Shown here one piece after another: positions 51,893 through 63,072 of a stretch of DNA of 64,000 nt. The notes beneath the pieces were generated by a model that had not been told where the DNA came from, made no database searches, and saw nothing but the letters and a program-made list of their open reading frames with translations. Numbering within the stretch: the stretch's first letter is position 1; each line of letters begins with the position of its first letter. Source of the stretch: Terriglobia bacterium (GTDB lineage: Bacteria; Acidobacteriota; Terriglobia; Acidiferrales; UBA7541); assembly GCA_963695545.1 (NCBI GenBank), contig OY968796.1, positions 3,904,001-3,968,000 on the forward strand. Direction: 5' to 3'. Both the position numbers and the translations under genes were made by a program.

Positions 51893-52810
51893 TTATTGCT
51901 TCACGGCCGCTTGCTCAGCCGGCACAGCGCGCGCGGCCGTTCCGCTTTCCGGATTCACCACGACTTGGCGCGCGAAGCGCAGATCAACGGAATCGACGCG
52001 GCCCGCGGTGGTGCGCCATTGATCGATATTTTCGACGAGCAGGCGGTAGCGATTCGCGAAATCGGAATCGCCGAAATGCACGAGCACGGGATCGGAGCCG
52101 AGGCCGACCATGGAAGCGCGAATGTCCTGCGCGTCGGAAAGATCGGCTTCGCTCACCTGATCGTCGGCATTCGGGCGAACCGTCTGAATCTCGTTCAAAA
52201 ACTCGGAGAAATTTTGCATGCGTTGCTCGCGGTCCGCGGGCGCGAGATCGTCGGATATTCCGCCGACGACCGGAAAATGAAAATCGGCTTCGAGCGGCCG
52301 CTCGAGGATCACGCCGTGCGCATCGATCAGGGCGAGATCGTCCGGCAGGCGCAAAAACGCGATGGGCACGCGCTCGGTCAGCTCCACACGAATGCGATTC
52401 GGCAGCACGCGCTGAAGGACGGCGGATTCGACCCAGGGCATGGCGTCCAATTCCCGGCGGCGCGCGTCGAGGGGAATGCGCAAAATGCTGTGGCCGAGAT
52501 CGGGCTCAAAGACGGAGGTTACGGCGGAAGCGGACACGAATCGATTGCCGGTGATTTCAACTTGATCGAGGCTCGCGAGCGCTACGCGCGGAGAGAAAAG
52601 CAGAAAATACGCCGCTGCGCCGAACGCGAAGCCACCAGCCAGTGTGATCGCCACTCCCGCAAGCACTCGTCTATAAACCGGCCAGCTCTTCTTACCAAAT
52701 TTCGGGCCGAAATTCCGGCGGCGCACTTCTACCGGCTTCTGCCGCCGCAGATACTTCGGCTCTTCTTCGGCGAGCGCTTCCGGCAGAAAAGCATCCTGCT
52801 CTTTTTCCAT
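51893..52810 (-). CDS. ftsQ: Cell division protein FtsQ/DivIB
   Basis: TM plus POTRA (PWVESA...LPNRI...ER.P), VDLRF; gene position. Confidence 0.92.
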   Translation of the reverse strand: MEKEQDAFLPEALAEEEPKYLRRQKPVEVRRRNFGPKFGKKSWPVYRRVLAGVAITLAGGFAFGAAAYFLLFSPRVALASLDQVEITGNRFVSASAVTSVFEPDLGHSILRIPLDARRRELDAMPWVESAVLQRVLPNRIRVELTERVPIAFLRLPDDLALIDAHGVILERPLEADFHFPVVGGISDDLAPADREQRMQNFSEFLNEIQTVRPNADDQVSEADLSDAQDIRASMVGLGSDPVLVHFGDSDFANRYRLLVENIDQWRTTAGRVDSVDLRFARQVVVNPESGTAARAVPAEQAAVKQ

Positions 52811-52815
52811 GACGC

Positions 52816-53724
52816 TCAAGCCTTCCACACGATGACTTCTTCTTCGAGCGCAACGCCCGAGGCGCGGCGCACGCGCTCGCGAACCTCGGAAATCAAACCC
52901 AGCATGTCGGCGGCGCTGGCGTGGCCGGCATTGACGAAAAAATTGGCGTGGCGGTCGCTGACGCGCGCGTCGCCGACGGCGAAACCCTTCAAGCCGAGTT
53001 CATCAATCATTCTTCCGGCGGAAAAGCCGGGCGGATTTTTGAAAATGCAGCCGGCGCTCTTTTGATTCAGGGGCTGACTGGCGCGGCGTTTCTGATTGCA
53101 GATGCGAATTCCTTCGAGGATTTCAGAGTACGGCTTGGAGGGAAGCTCGAGTTTCACCGAAAGCATAATATCATCGGGCGCAAAGGAAGTGTGGCGGTAT
53201 TCAAACGAAATTTCAGAGCCGCGCAGGGTCTGGATGCGGCCGCGGCCGGATTGAAACACCTCAACCTCACGCACGTACGAACCGATTTGCGTGCCGTAAG
53301 CTCCGGCGTTCATGCGCAGCGCGCCGCCCACGCTGCCGGGCACGCCGATTAGGCCTTCCATGCCGCCGAGGTCGCGCTTGGCGCAGGTGGTGACGGTGCG
53401 CCCCAAATCCGCCGCAGCGTCGACCCAAACCGAAGTGCCGTCGAAGCGCCACTCGGGTTCCTGGCGCGCGAGCTGCAGAATTACCCAAGGCAATTCGCCG
53501 TCGTCGATAAGCACATTGCTGCCGCCGCCGAGAAAGCGATGCGGAATTCCAGCGGCGTCGAGCAGCGCCACGAGATCCGGAAGCGAGGCGTGCCGGCGAA
53601 CGAGCAGGACGTCGGTCGTGCCGCCGATGCCGAGCGATGTGCGTTCGGCGAGAGAGGCGCCGGAGAAATGTTGGATCTCGAGCTCGGCGAAGGCTGCGAG
53701 AAGTTTCGGGTCAGTGATCCGCAT
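52816..53724 (-). CDS. murB: UDP-N-acetylmuramate dehydrogenase
   Basis: [27 protein letters not shown]. Confidence 0.96.
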   Translation of the reverse strand: MRITDPKLLAAFAELEIQHFSGASLAERTSLGIGGTTDVLLVRRHASLPDLVALLDAAGIPHRFLGGGSNVLIDDGELPWVILQLARQEPEWRFDGTSVWVDAAADLGRTVTTCAKRDLGGMEGLIGVPGSVGGALRMNAGAYGTQIGSYVREVEVFQSGRGRIQTLRGSEISFEYRHTSFAPDDIMLSVKLELPSKPYSEILEGIRICNQKRRASQPLNQKSAGCIFKNPPGFSAGRMIDELGLKGFAVGDARVSDRHANFFVNAGHASAADMLGLISEVRERVRRASGVALEEEVIVWKA

Positions 53725-55132
53725 TATTCACGACTTTCGCGTGACGATCCGCAGCCGGCACTCCGAGGGCGAGAGCCAATTCGTCCGCCGCGCGGCCCAC
53801 ACTGCCGGCGCCGATGGTGAGGATGGCGTCGCCGGGACGCGCAGCGGAGAGAAGGGCGTCAATCCCCTCTTGCAGCGTGCTGCGATACAGAACCTGCGCG
53901 TGGCCGGCCGCGCGGATTGCGGCGGCTAGGGCTTCGCTTGTGACGCCAGAAATCGGCGACTCGCTTGCGGCGTAAATGTCGGCGAGGACCAGGAGATCGG
54001 CGCGATCGAACGCGTGGCAAAAATCGTCCCAGAGATATTTCGTGCGCGTGTAACGATGCGGCTGGAACAGCACCAGCAGGCGCTTATAGCCGCGCGCGGC
54101 TTCGAGCGTGGCGCGAATTTCGGCGGGGTGATGACCGTAATCGTCGATCACGGTAATACCGCCGGCAACGGCTTTCACTTCAAAGCGCCGGCCCACGCCG
54201 GTGAACGCGGCCAAACCTTCGCGGATGACATCGGACGAAATGTCGAGATAGAGCCCGACGGCGACGGCTGCGGCGGCATTGCGCACATTGTGCAGGCCAG
54301 GCGGACCATGCAGAGCGAAAAGGCCCAGGTCCTGGCCGCGAAACGTAAGGCGGAAGCTGCTTCGAAGCCCGTCGAGTTCGACTTGGCTGACGACGAGATC
54401 GGCTTGCGCCGAAGTGCCGTAGGTGATCACGGTGCGATGAACCTGCGGAAGAATCGCGCGCACGTTTGGTTCGTCGAAGCACAGAATCGCAGCCCCATAA
54501 AAAGGAACGCGATTCACGAATTGCGTGAACACTTGCTGGATTTCCTCGAGCGATGTGTAGTGGTCCAGATGCTCGCGATCGATGTTGGTGACGACGGCGA
54601 CGGCCGGCGAGAGCAGCAGAAACGAGCGATCGCTTTCGTCGGCCTCGACGACCATGTAATCGCCGCGGCCGAGGCGCGCGGTGGTACCCGCATGGTTTAC
54701 GCGGCCACCGACGACAAACGTGGGATCGACACCAGCAGCGGCCAGCACCGAAGCGATCATCGAAGTGGTGGTGGTTTTACCGTGCGCTCCGGCAACGGCG
54801 ACGCCGTATTTCAGGCGCATCAGTTCGGCCAGCATTTCGGCGCGCGGGATGACGGGAATTTTCAGGCGCGCGGCTTCGACCAGCTCGGGATTGTCGCGGC
54901 GAATCGCGGCGGACGCGACAACCACGTTCGCGCCGCGCACGTTTTCCGCGCTGTGGCCCTCGCTGATTTGCGCGCCGAGAAGCTGCAAGCGCTCGGTGAT
55001 CGGAGAAGCCTTCGCGTCGGATCCGGAAACGGTGTAGCCGAGCGTTAGCAGGACTTCGGCGATGCCGCTCATGCCGATGCCGCCGATGCCGACGAAGTGG
55101 ATGCGGCGGAATTTATGAAATGCGCCGGTCAT
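53711..55132 (-). CDS. murC: UDP-N-acetylmuramate--L-alanine ligase
   Basis: [30 protein letters not shown]. Confidence 0.97.
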   Translation of the reverse strand: MTGAFHKFRRIHFVGIGGIGMSGIAEVLLTLGYTVSGSDAKASPITERLQLLGAQISEGHSAENVRGANVVVASAAIRRDNPELVEAARLKIPVIPRAEMLAELMRLKYGVAVAGAHGKTTTTSMIASVLAAAGVDPTFVVGGRVNHAGTTARLGRGDYMVVEADESDRSFLLLSPAVAVVTNIDREHLDHYTSLEEIQQVFTQFVNRVPFYGAAILCFDEPNVRAILPQVHRTVITYGTSAQADLVVSQVELDGLRSSFRLTFRGQDLGLFALHGPPGLHNVRNAAAAVAVGLYLDISSDVIREGLAAFTGVGRRFEVKAVAGGITVIDDYGHHPAEIRATLEAARGYKRLLVLFQPHRYTRTKYLWDDFCHAFDRADLLVLADIYAASESPISGVTSEALAAAIRAAGHAQVLYRSTLQEGIDALLSAARPGDAILTIGAGSVGRAADELALALGVPAADRHAKVVNNADH

Positions 55133-56223
55133 GCCCGCGCCGCCTGTTCGATCACGTTCACCACATCGCGCGCGGCATTGGGCCGTGCCATGCTGCGGGC
55201 GCGCGCGCCCATATCGACAAGCTGCTGGGGGTGATCGAGCAACGAGAAAATAGTCTGCGCAAGGTGCGCGGGCGATAACGCAGATTCCAGTATCAATCGC
55301 GCGGCGCCGGCGCGCTCGAATTCCTGCGCGTTGCGCAATTGGTGGCTATCGGCGGCAGCGCCGAAGGGGATGAAGATGGCGGCGCGCCCGGCGGCGGCGA
55401 TTTCAGAAGAGGTGATGGCGCCGGCGCGGGAAACGATCAGGTGAGCCTGGGAGAAGCGTTCGGCCATGTCGCCGATGAACGGCACAACCTCCGCGTCAAG
55501 ATCGCGGCCTTCATACGCCGCGCGAATATCATTATAGTCGCGCGGGCCGGTCTGGTGAACGATGGAAAGTTGATTGCGGCGCGCACTGAGCACATCGAGT
55601 GCGCCGACGACGGCGCGATTGATAGCGCGCGCACCTTGGCTGCCGCCAGTGATGAGCAAGCGGAAGGGCGCAGCCGGCTCGACGGGCTGCGCGCGAAAAA
55701 ATTCCGCGCGCACCGGACAACCGGTGAGCACGGCTTTGCGGCCCAGGCGCTCGGCCGGCTCGGCGTAAGCGGTAGCCACGCGCGTGACCATCGCGGCCAG
55801 AACGCGATTGGTGAAGCCGGGTTCGGCATTGGGTTCCAAAATCACCGTCGGTAAACCCTTCCAAATCGCGGCTAACATTACTGGTCCCGCGGCGTAGCCG
55901 CCCACGCCGAACGCCGCGGCAAATTTATGGCGCCGCAGAATCGCGGCGGAATCCCACAACCCGAGCGGCAAGAGCGAAAAATTTCGCACCAGCGTCAAAC
56001 CACCCATACCCTTCCATCCGGCCGAACGAATCAATTCCAGCGGCAGGCCCGACGCCGGAACGAGTTTTGTTTCCAGGCCGTGCGCGGTGCCCGCGAAAAT
56101 CACCGTGCGATCCGCGCCGCGCGCCATCCACTCGCGCGCGATGGCCAGCGCCGGAAAAACGTGACCTCCTGTGCCGCCTCCCGCGACGAGCAGATTCAAG
56201 TTCGTCGCCTCCGCGCCAGACAT
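55129..56223 (-). CDS. murG: Lipid I GlcNAc transferase
   Basis: [27 protein letters not shown]. Confidence 0.97.
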   Translation of the reverse strand: MSGAEATNLNLLVAGGGTGGHVFPALAIAREWMARGADRTVIFAGTAHGLETKLVPASGLPLELIRSAGWKGMGGLTLVRNFSLLPLGLWDSAAILRRHKFAAAFGVGGYAAGPVMLAAIWKGLPTVILEPNAEPGFTNRVLAAMVTRVATAYAEPAERLGRKAVLTGCPVRAEFFRAQPVEPAAPFRLLITGGSQGARAINRAVVGALDVLSARRNQLSIVHQTGPRDYNDIRAAYEGRDLDAEVVPFIGDMAERFSQAHLIVSRAGAITSSEIAAAGRAAIFIPFGAAADSHQLRNAQEFERAGAARLILESALSPAHLAQTIFSLLDHPQQLVDMGARARSMARPNAARDVVNVIEQAARA

Positions 56224-57327
56224 TCAATCCGCGTGCTGGCTGATGTTGAGAAGCACGCCGGTGGCCAATAACACGACGAGCAAACTCGATCCGCCATAGC
56301 TGATGAACGGCAGCGGGATTCCTTTCGTCGGCATCATGCCCAGCACCACGCCGAGATTAATCAGCGCCTGGCTGATGACCATCACGGTGATGCCCAGCGC
56401 CACGAGACGGCCGAACATATCGGGCGCGTTGAGCGCGGCGCGAATGCCGCGCCAGCCGTAGACCGCAAACAGGCCGAGCACGATGATCGCGCCGAGGAAA
56501 CCAAGTTCCTCGCAAATGACCGCGAAGATGAAGTCCGTGCTGGCCTCGGGCAGATAGAACAGTTTTTGCTTGCTCTCCATCAGACCGACGCCGGTCAGCC
56601 CGCCCGAACCCACCGCGATCAACGATTGTATCAGTTGAAAGCCGCGGCCCTGCGGATCGGCCGAGGGATTTAGGAACGCGATGACCCGCTCGTAGCGATA
56701 CCGCGTGTCCACGATCAGCAGGACCACGGAAAAAGCCGCGCACGCGCTCGCGCCGCCTACATAGCTCCAGGAAAGCCCGGCGGCGAACAGCAACGCAAAC
56801 GCCACGATGACAATTTGTACGGCTGTACCGAGGTCCGGCTCGAAAACCACCAGACACGCGAGCGCGACAACCGGCCCGACCGCGGGCAGCAGCGAGTGGC
56901 GCCAATCGTTCACGCCGGGGCCGTGGCCTTGAAGCCTCAGCTCGAGAAACCAAGCGAGATAAAAAATGATCACTAGCTTTGCGAACTCCGAGGGCTGGAG
57001 GCTCGCGGGTCCGATGCGAATCCAGCGGTGCGTCGCGTGCGAGCGGTCAAGAAAGAAAACTCCGACGAGCAGAAGCATTACCACGAACATTCCGGTGAAC
57101 AGGAACGACGGATTCCGGAATTTTCGATAATCGACATTCATCAACAGCAGCATTCCCGCCAGGCCCGCGAACAGCCAGATTGCCTGGCGCAGCAGAAAAT
57201 GGTAGCTGCTGCCGAACTGCTCGCGCGCCGTCATGGCCGAGGCGCTGAAGACCATCACGGCGCCGATCAGACAGAGTGCGACGGTCGCAAGGAAAAGCCA
57301 GCGGTCGGTTTCGAGGCGTCGTGGCAT
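56224..57327 (-). CDS. ftsW: Cell division SEDS protein FtsW
   Basis: QPSEFAK, PDLGT, TDFIF, PFISYGGSS. Confidence 0.96.
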   Translation of the reverse strand: MPRRLETDRWLFLATVALCLIGAVMVFSASAMTAREQFGSSYHFLLRQAIWLFAGLAGMLLLMNVDYRKFRNPSFLFTGMFVVMLLLVGVFFLDRSHATHRWIRIGPASLQPSEFAKLVIIFYLAWFLELRLQGHGPGVNDWRHSLLPAVGPVVALACLVVFEPDLGTAVQIVIVAFALLFAAGLSWSYVGGASACAAFSVVLLIVDTRYRYERVIAFLNPSADPQGRGFQLIQSLIAVGSGGLTGVGLMESKQKLFYLPEASTDFIFAVICEELGFLGAIIVLGLFAVYGWRGIRAALNAPDMFGRLVALGITVMVISQALINLGVVLGMMPTKGIPLPFISYGGSSLLVVLLATGVLLNISQHAD

Positions 57328-57329
57328 GG

Positions 57330-58730
57330 TCAGGTCTTGGGCGCGACTTCGTTCGCCGCCGCGGTAGCGCTGTCCGCCAAATGGCGCACGATCTGCTTGA
57401 AAACGTGGCCGCGATGCTCGTAATTCTTGAACTGATCGAAGCTGGCGCAAGCCGGCGCAAGCAAAACGGTTTCACCCGGGCGCGCGCTTTCCGATGCGAG
57501 TGCGATAGCGCGCTCGAGTGTGCCGGCATGAACCACCGGAACGGCGCCGCGCAGTTGCGATTCAATTTTTTCCGCCGCCGCGCCGATCAAAAGAACCTTG
57601 CGCGCTCGCTCGCGCAAGGACTTGCGCAAAATTCCATAATCGCTGCCTTTGTCCTTGCCGCCGAGAATCACCAAGAGGCCCGTGGGAAAAGCGTCGAGGG
57701 CTTTGAGCGTGGCGTCGACGTTTGTCGCTTTGGAATCGTTGAAGTAGCTAACGCCTCCAATTTCGGCCACGAATTCCAGGCGATGCTCCACACCGGCGAA
57801 TGTGCTGACGCCGGCCGCGACGGCCGACGGCGTCGCGCCGACCAGGAGAGCCGCGCACGCGGCGGCCAGAATGTTTTCGACGTTGTGCTCGCCGCGAAGA
57901 CCGATTTCGCCACGCCGCATCAAGACGGTCTCAGTGCCGTCGCGGCGGAAAATGACTTCGTCGCCGCGCAGAAATGCGCCGCTCGAGACATGCTTCGTTC
58001 TGCTGAACCAATAAACCTGCGGGCGCGAAGGCGCATACTGCGTAACGTTCGAGTCATCGGCGTTGAGCACCGCGGCGTCCTGCTCGGTTTGATTCTCAAA
58101 CATGCGCGCTTTGGCACGGCTGTAGGCTTCAAACGACGCGTGGCGATCCAGATGGTCCGGCGTGAGATTCAACAGGACGCCAACGTCGGGCCGCAAATCA
58201 CGAATGCTCTCGAGCTGAAAACTGCTGACTTCGGTCACAGTAATGGTCAAGTCGCTGCTTTCGCCGACACGCGAAATCAGCGGCGTCCCGATGTTGCCGG
58301 CGACGATCACCGGCACGCCCGCCGATTCCAGGATGTGCGCAACCAGCGATGTTGTGGTGGTCTTGCCATTCGAGCCGGTGATGGCCACCATGCGCCCGCG
58401 CAGGAAGCGCCAGGCGAGTTCGATTTCGCTCCAAATCGGAATGTTCTCGGCGCGAGCCGCGGCCAGTTGCGGCAAGTCCAGCGGAACGCCGGGGCTCGGC
58501 ACGATCAAATCCTGTTCGACGAATGTGCGCTCGGTGTGGCCGCCGAATTCGAGCGTGCAACCCGCGGCGCGCAGCTTTTCCGCGGCCTCGGCCACTTCGC
58601 TTTCGGGCCGTTCTTCGCTGGCGGTGACGCGCGCGCCGTGCGCGGCGCAGAACAGCCCCGTGGCGATGCCCGTGCGCGCGAGTCCCACTACCAGAACGCG
58701 CTTGCCCGTGAGATCGATAGCCGGCTTCAA
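57330..58730 (-). CDS. murD: UDP-MurNAc-L-Ala--D-glutamate ligase
   Basis: GSNGKTTTT, EVSSFQL, NDSKATN, PACASFD. Confidence 0.97.
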   Translation of the reverse strand: MKPAIDLTGKRVLVVGLARTGIATGLFCAAHGARVTASEERPESEVAEAAEKLRAAGCTLEFGGHTERTFVEQDLIVPSPGVPLDLPQLAAARAENIPIWSEIELAWRFLRGRMVAITGSNGKTTTTSLVAHILESAGVPVIVAGNIGTPLISRVGESSDLTITVTEVSSFQLESIRDLRPDVGVLLNLTPDHLDRHASFEAYSRAKARMFENQTEQDAAVLNADDSNVTQYAPSRPQVYWFSRTKHVSSGAFLRGDEVIFRRDGTETVLMRRGEIGLRGEHNVENILAAACAALLVGATPSAVAAGVSTFAGVEHRLEFVAEIGGVSYFNDSKATNVDATLKALDAFPTGLLVILGGKDKGSDYGILRKSLRERARKVLLIGAAAEKIESQLRGAVPVVHAGTLERAIALASESARPGETVLLAPACASFDQFKNYEHRGHVFKQIVRHLADSATAAANEVAPKT

Positions 58731-58734
58731 ATTT

Positions 58735-59868
58735 CTACCTCAGTTTCAGCGTGGTCAGCGAGAACAGCGCGAAGACCAGCGCGGCGATCCAGAATCGCAC
58801 GATGATCTTCGATTCGCTCCAGCCCAGCATTTCAAAATGATGGTGCAGCGGGGCCATGCGAAAAATGCGCTTCCCCGTCAGGCGAAATGACGCGACTTGC
58901 ATGATCACGGACATGGCTTCGAGCACGAAAACTCCGCCGACAGAAACGAGCAAAATTTCCTGCTTGATGGCCACGGCGACGAAGCCGATCGAGCCGCCGA
59001 GCGCGAGCGAACCGACGTCGCCCATGAAAATTTCGGCGGGATGCGCGTTGTACCAGAGAAATCCAAGTGAAGCGCCGACCAGCGCACCGCAGAAAACAGT
59101 CAACTCGCCGACTTGCGGCAAATGCTGGATATCGAGGTACGCGGAAAAACCGGCGTGGCTGGTGATGTAAGTGAGTACGGTGAGCGCGCCCGCGGCCACC
59201 ACCACGCAGCCGATTGCGAGGCCGTCGAGTCCGTCGGTGAGATTCACCGCGTTCGATGATCCTACGATCACAAGCGTGACGAACGCCAGGAACGGCAAAT
59301 ACGCGAACGTCGAAAGAAACCCGTGATGCGTCAGGCTGTGGATCACAAGATCGGGGTGAAATTTCTTGAAGAACGGAACGCTCAACTGCGTCGAATAGAC
59401 GCCGTCGCCGGTCAGCCAGAGCAGCGTGGTGGCCACAACTAAGCACACCACGATCTGCAGCGATGCCTTGAGGCTGGCGGTCAGACCAAGATTGTGACGG
59501 CGCACGACTTTAAGATAGTCGTCGATGAAGCCGATTGCGCCAAAACCAACAAGGGTAAACAGAGCGAGAAAAACGTACATATTGCTTAGATCGGCCCACA
59601 GCAGCGTGGGCACCGCGGTGGCCGCGACGATCAGCACGCCGCCCATTGTCGGCGTGCCGGCTTTGGCTTGATGGCTACGCGGTCCTTCTTCGCGGATGAA
59701 TTGCCCGATTTGCAATTCTCGCAGGCGGCGTACCACCCACGGGCCGAGCACGAGCGTCAGCAGCAGCGCCGTCAGGCTGGCGAGCGCCGTGCGCACAGTG
59801 ATGTAACGAAAAACGTTCAGCGGATGGAACGAGCGTGCGAGAACGCGGCCGAAGAGATCGTACAGCAT
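58735..59868 (-). CDS. mraY: Phospho-MurNAc-pentapeptide transferase
   Basis: GTPTMGG, NLTDGLDGL, FMGDVGS, PLHHHFE. Confidence 0.98.
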   Translation of the reverse strand: MLYDLFGRVLARSFHPLNVFRYITVRTALASLTALLLTLVLGPWVVRRLRELQIGQFIREEGPRSHQAKAGTPTMGGVLIVAATAVPTLLWADLSNMYVFLALFTLVGFGAIGFIDDYLKVVRRHNLGLTASLKASLQIVVCLVVATTLLWLTGDGVYSTQLSVPFFKKFHPDLVIHSLTHHGFLSTFAYLPFLAFVTLVIVGSSNAVNLTDGLDGLAIGCVVVAAGALTVLTYITSHAGFSAYLDIQHLPQVGELTVFCGALVGASLGFLWYNAHPAEIFMGDVGSLALGGSIGFVAVAIKQEILLVSVGGVFVLEAMSVIMQVASFRLTGKRIFRMAPLHHHFEMLGWSESKIIVRFWIAALVFALFSLTTLKLR

Positions 59869-59869
59869 G

Positions 59870-61324
59870 CTAGCCGCGCTCCCCGGCGAATTTGCCCGCC
59901 GCGGGCGCGGGCGAGTGAGCTCCGTAGCGCGCTTCGAGAGCTTCGACCACGCGCTCTATGCGCACGCCCCGCGAGCCCTTCACGAGAATCAGATCGCCGG
60001 GCGCTGCGAGATCAACCACCGCGTGCGCCGCCTCCGTTGAATTCGGAAAAAATTCCGCGCGCGCGTCGGGCTGGCCCGCTTCGATTGCGCCGCGCACGAG
60101 TTCGAGCGCGTCGCCCTGCACGCCAATGATCCAGTCAATGCGGCCGGACAATGCGGCGCGGGTGCCGGATTCGCGGTGCAGCTCGGGCGAGCGCGGACCG
60201 AGCTCAAGCATTTCGCCGGCAACCAGAATTCGCCGGCTGGCCTCCGTCGCGGTCTCGAGCCATTCGACCATGGCTTCCAGCGCAACAGGATTCGAGTTGT
60301 AGGAATCGTTCATCACCGTGAATCCGGGCGCGAAATGCAGCAGACGCCCGCGCATGCCCGTTGGAACGAGCGTCGGAAACACGCGCGCTGCTTCGGCGGC
60401 GCCAACGCCCCAAACGCTTGCGGCCGCGAGCGCCGCAAGGGCGTTTGAAATGTTGTGGCGGCCAGCGAGCGGCAGTTCCAGGCGCGCGCGGCCTTCGGGC
60501 CAGATGAAATCAAACGCGCATCCTTCAAGGCCGCGATCTTCGATCGCCTCGGCGCGAAATTGCGCGCGAGCCGCGCCGAGGCCGAAGCTGATCACGCGGC
60601 CCGGCGCGACGCGGGCAAATTCCGCGACGCGCGCGTCGTCTGCGTTAAGAACCGCCCAGCTCGCCCCGGCCGCTAAGCCTTCGATCAGTTCGCGCTTGGC
60701 GAGAGCGATCTGATCGACGGAATCGAAAAATTCAAGATGCACGGTGGCCACGCGCGTGACAACGCCGACGTCGGGCTGCGCGATTTCCGTCAAGCGCCGC
60801 AATTCACCCGCGTGCGACATCCCCAGCTCGACCACCGCGGCTTCGTATCGATCGTCAAGGCGCAGCAGCGTGAGCGGCAATCCGAATTCGTTGTTCAAAT
60901 TTCCTTCCGACTTCAGGACGTGCAGGCGCGCCGACAGCAGTGCCGCCAGGATTTCCTTTGTGGTCGTCTTTCCAACCGAGCCCGTGACTGCGGCCAGGCG
61001 TTTGCCCCAGCGCCGGCGCACGGCGTGGGCCAAATCCTGGAGCGCCGCCGTTGTGTCCGCAACTCCCAGCAGTCGGCCGCGGATCGTTTCCGGGTACGAG
61101 GCGACTCGATCACGCGCCACGATCGCGGCCATGGCTCCGGCATCGAGAGCGCCGGCCACAAAATCGTGTCCATCGTGACGCGGACCGTGTATCGCGACGA
61201 ACAATTCGCCGCGGCCCACGGCGCGAGAATCAATCGAGACGCCGGCCAGCCGCGCCAGGGCGTTGAGCCCGGCGGGCGGCGCAAGATCCAGTGCTTGAGC
61301 CACCTCTCCAATCGTCCACCGCAT
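59870..61324 (-). CDS. murF: UDP-MurNAc-tripeptide--D-Ala-D-Ala ligase
   Basis: GSVGKTTTK, NNEFGLP, DSYNSNP, KGSR. Confidence 0.96.
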   Translation of the reverse strand: MRWTIGEVAQALDLAPPAGLNALARLAGVSIDSRAVGRGELFVAIHGPRHDGHDFVAGALDAGAMAAIVARDRVASYPETIRGRLLGVADTTAALQDLAHAVRRRWGKRLAAVTGSVGKTTTKEILAALLSARLHVLKSEGNLNNEFGLPLTLLRLDDRYEAAVVELGMSHAGELRRLTEIAQPDVGVVTRVATVHLEFFDSVDQIALAKRELIEGLAAGASWAVLNADDARVAEFARVAPGRVISFGLGAARAQFRAEAIEDRGLEGCAFDFIWPEGRARLELPLAGRHNISNALAALAAASVWGVGAAEAARVFPTLVPTGMRGRLLHFAPGFTVMNDSYNSNPVALEAMVEWLETATEASRRILVAGEMLELGPRSPELHRESGTRAALSGRIDWIIGVQGDALELVRGAIEAGQPDARAEFFPNSTEAAHAVVDLAAPGDLILVKGSRGVRIERVVEALEARYGAHSPAPAAGKFAGERG

Positions 61325-61447
61325 AGTTTCCTCAGCGGGCCCAGTGTCACCGGTGCTTGTTCACCCCCGGTCGACGTTCATTCCACTTCGTACGACCCAA
61401 CTTCGATAGAGCACGGCGCGTGCCGCTGCGCCGCGAAAAATTCCGCG

Positions 61448-62926
61448 TTACACCGCGTAGCCGCTGCGCGCGAGCCAGCGCCGCGCCACTTCGCGGTCGT
61501 CGAACTCGATCGTGCGATCGCTCAAAACCTGATAATTTTCGTGGCCCTTCCCCGCGAGCAGAACGATGTCGCCAGCGCGCGCTTGTTCGAGCGCCAGGCC
61601 AATCGCGCGCTCGCGGTCCGGCTCGACGCGATACTCCGCCTCAGTGCGCTGCAATCCGACGAGGGCGTCATTAATGATGCGCAACGGATCTTCGCTGCGC
61701 GGATTGTCGCTCGTGAGCACCACGAAATCGCTCGCGCGCCCTGCGGCTTCGCCCATCATCGGGCGCTTCGCGCGATCGCGATCGCCGCCGCAGCCGAAAA
61801 GCGTCAGGATGCGGCCGCCGCCGGAGAGCAACTCGCGCGATGTCGCGAGCAAATTCGTTAGCGCGTCGTCGGTGTGCGCGTAATCCACGACGACCATAAA
61901 GGGTTGACCGGCAACCACGCGCTCGAAGCGTCCGGGCACCGATTCGAGGCGCGCAATTCCGGCTGCGATGGCGTCGGGTGCGATTTCGAGTCCCACGCCC
62001 GCGCCGATCGCCGCCAGAATGTTGTAGACGTTTGTGCGCCCCACCAGATGCGAGCGCACGACAATTGAGCCCGCGGGCGTCTCGGCCTCGAAATCCAAAC
62101 CGGCTGCGGTGAGTGAGAATTTGCGCGTGGTGATTTCGCCCGAGCGCAAACCGTAGCGCAGCGTGCGCGTCGCAAGACCTTCCAGCCGCTCGCCGTACGG
62201 ATCATCGCCGTTAATCACGCCAACGTGCGCGGGGCCTCTGCCGGTGCCTTCAAATAATCGGCGCTTGGCCGCGAAATACGCCTCGAACGATTTGTGATAG
62301 TCGAGGTGATCGCGCGTGAGATTCGTGAACACCGCGACGGCGAATCCGCAGCCCCACAAGCGATCCATCGCCAAGGCATGCGAACTTGCTTCGAGCACGG
62401 CATGCGTCCCGCCGGCGCGCACGATTTCGGAAAGAAATTTTTGCAGGTCGAGCGATTCCGGCGTGGTTGTTGTAGCCGCAACGGTCGCGAGCGGCGTGCG
62501 ATGCGCGATTGTGCCGAACAATCCCGATGTGCGCCCGGCCGCGCGCAGAATTGAATCGAGCAGATACGCTGTAGTGGTCTTGCCGTTCGTGCCGGTGACG
62601 CCGGCGAGTTGCAACGCGTCGGCCGGATGCCCGTAGAAATTCGCAGCGGCCAGGGCGAGAGATTTCCTCGCGTCAGCGACTTCCACCCAAGCAACGTTTG
62701 AGCCAAGCGTCGCGGGGCGAGCCGTCTCGCTGACCACCGCGGCGGCGCCGCGTTCGACAGCGGCGGCGACGAATCGATTTCCGTCGGTAACCTCGCCGCG
62801 AATCGCGAAAAACGCGGCGCCCGGAGCGGCGCGCCGGCTGTCGTAACAAGGAGCGACGATTTCGCGATCCGCGTCCACCAGCGGACGCTTCAGCTCGATG
62901 CCCTCCAGAAGCTGGCTGAGTTTCAT
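61448..62926 (-). CDS. murE: UDP-MurNAc-dipeptide--meso-DAP ligase
   Basis: GTNGKTT, DYAHT, DNPR (DAP-type), AGKGHE; alternative upstream ATG at 63073. Confidence 0.96.
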   Translation of the reverse strand: MKLSQLLEGIELKRPLVDADREIVAPCYDSRRAAPGAAFFAIRGEVTDGNRFVAAAVERGAAAVVSETARPATLGSNVAWVEVADARKSLALAAANFYGHPADALQLAGVTGTNGKTTTAYLLDSILRAAGRTSGLFGTIAHRTPLATVAATTTTPESLDLQKFLSEIVRAGGTHAVLEASSHALAMDRLWGCGFAVAVFTNLTRDHLDYHKSFEAYFAAKRRLFEGTGRGPAHVGVINGDDPYGERLEGLATRTLRYGLRSGEITTRKFSLTAAGLDFEAETPAGSIVVRSHLVGRTNVYNILAAIGAGVGLEIAPDAIAAGIARLESVPGRFERVVAGQPFMVVVDYAHTDDALTNLLATSRELLSGGGRILTLFGCGGDRDRAKRPMMGEAAGRASDFVVLTSDNPRSEDPLRIINDALVGLQRTEAEYRVEPDRERAIGLALEQARAGDIVLLAGKGHENYQVLSDRTIEFDDREVARRWLARSGYAV

Positions 62927-63072
62927 GCTTCGAGTAACGAGTATAGGTCCGCGCGACGCGCCGCTCAATTGCGGGGCCGCAAGCTGCGCCGGGGCATCGA
63001 GCACCGCACCGTTCGCGGAGCGTGTGCCGACGTGAGACGCGGCGCGCGGCGTCGAACGGCCGGCGCGCGACA

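Noticed and set aside
50888..53065. 725-aa plus-strand ORF
   Set aside because: Antisense shadow of ftsA/ftsQ/murB in GC-rich DNA; no motifs
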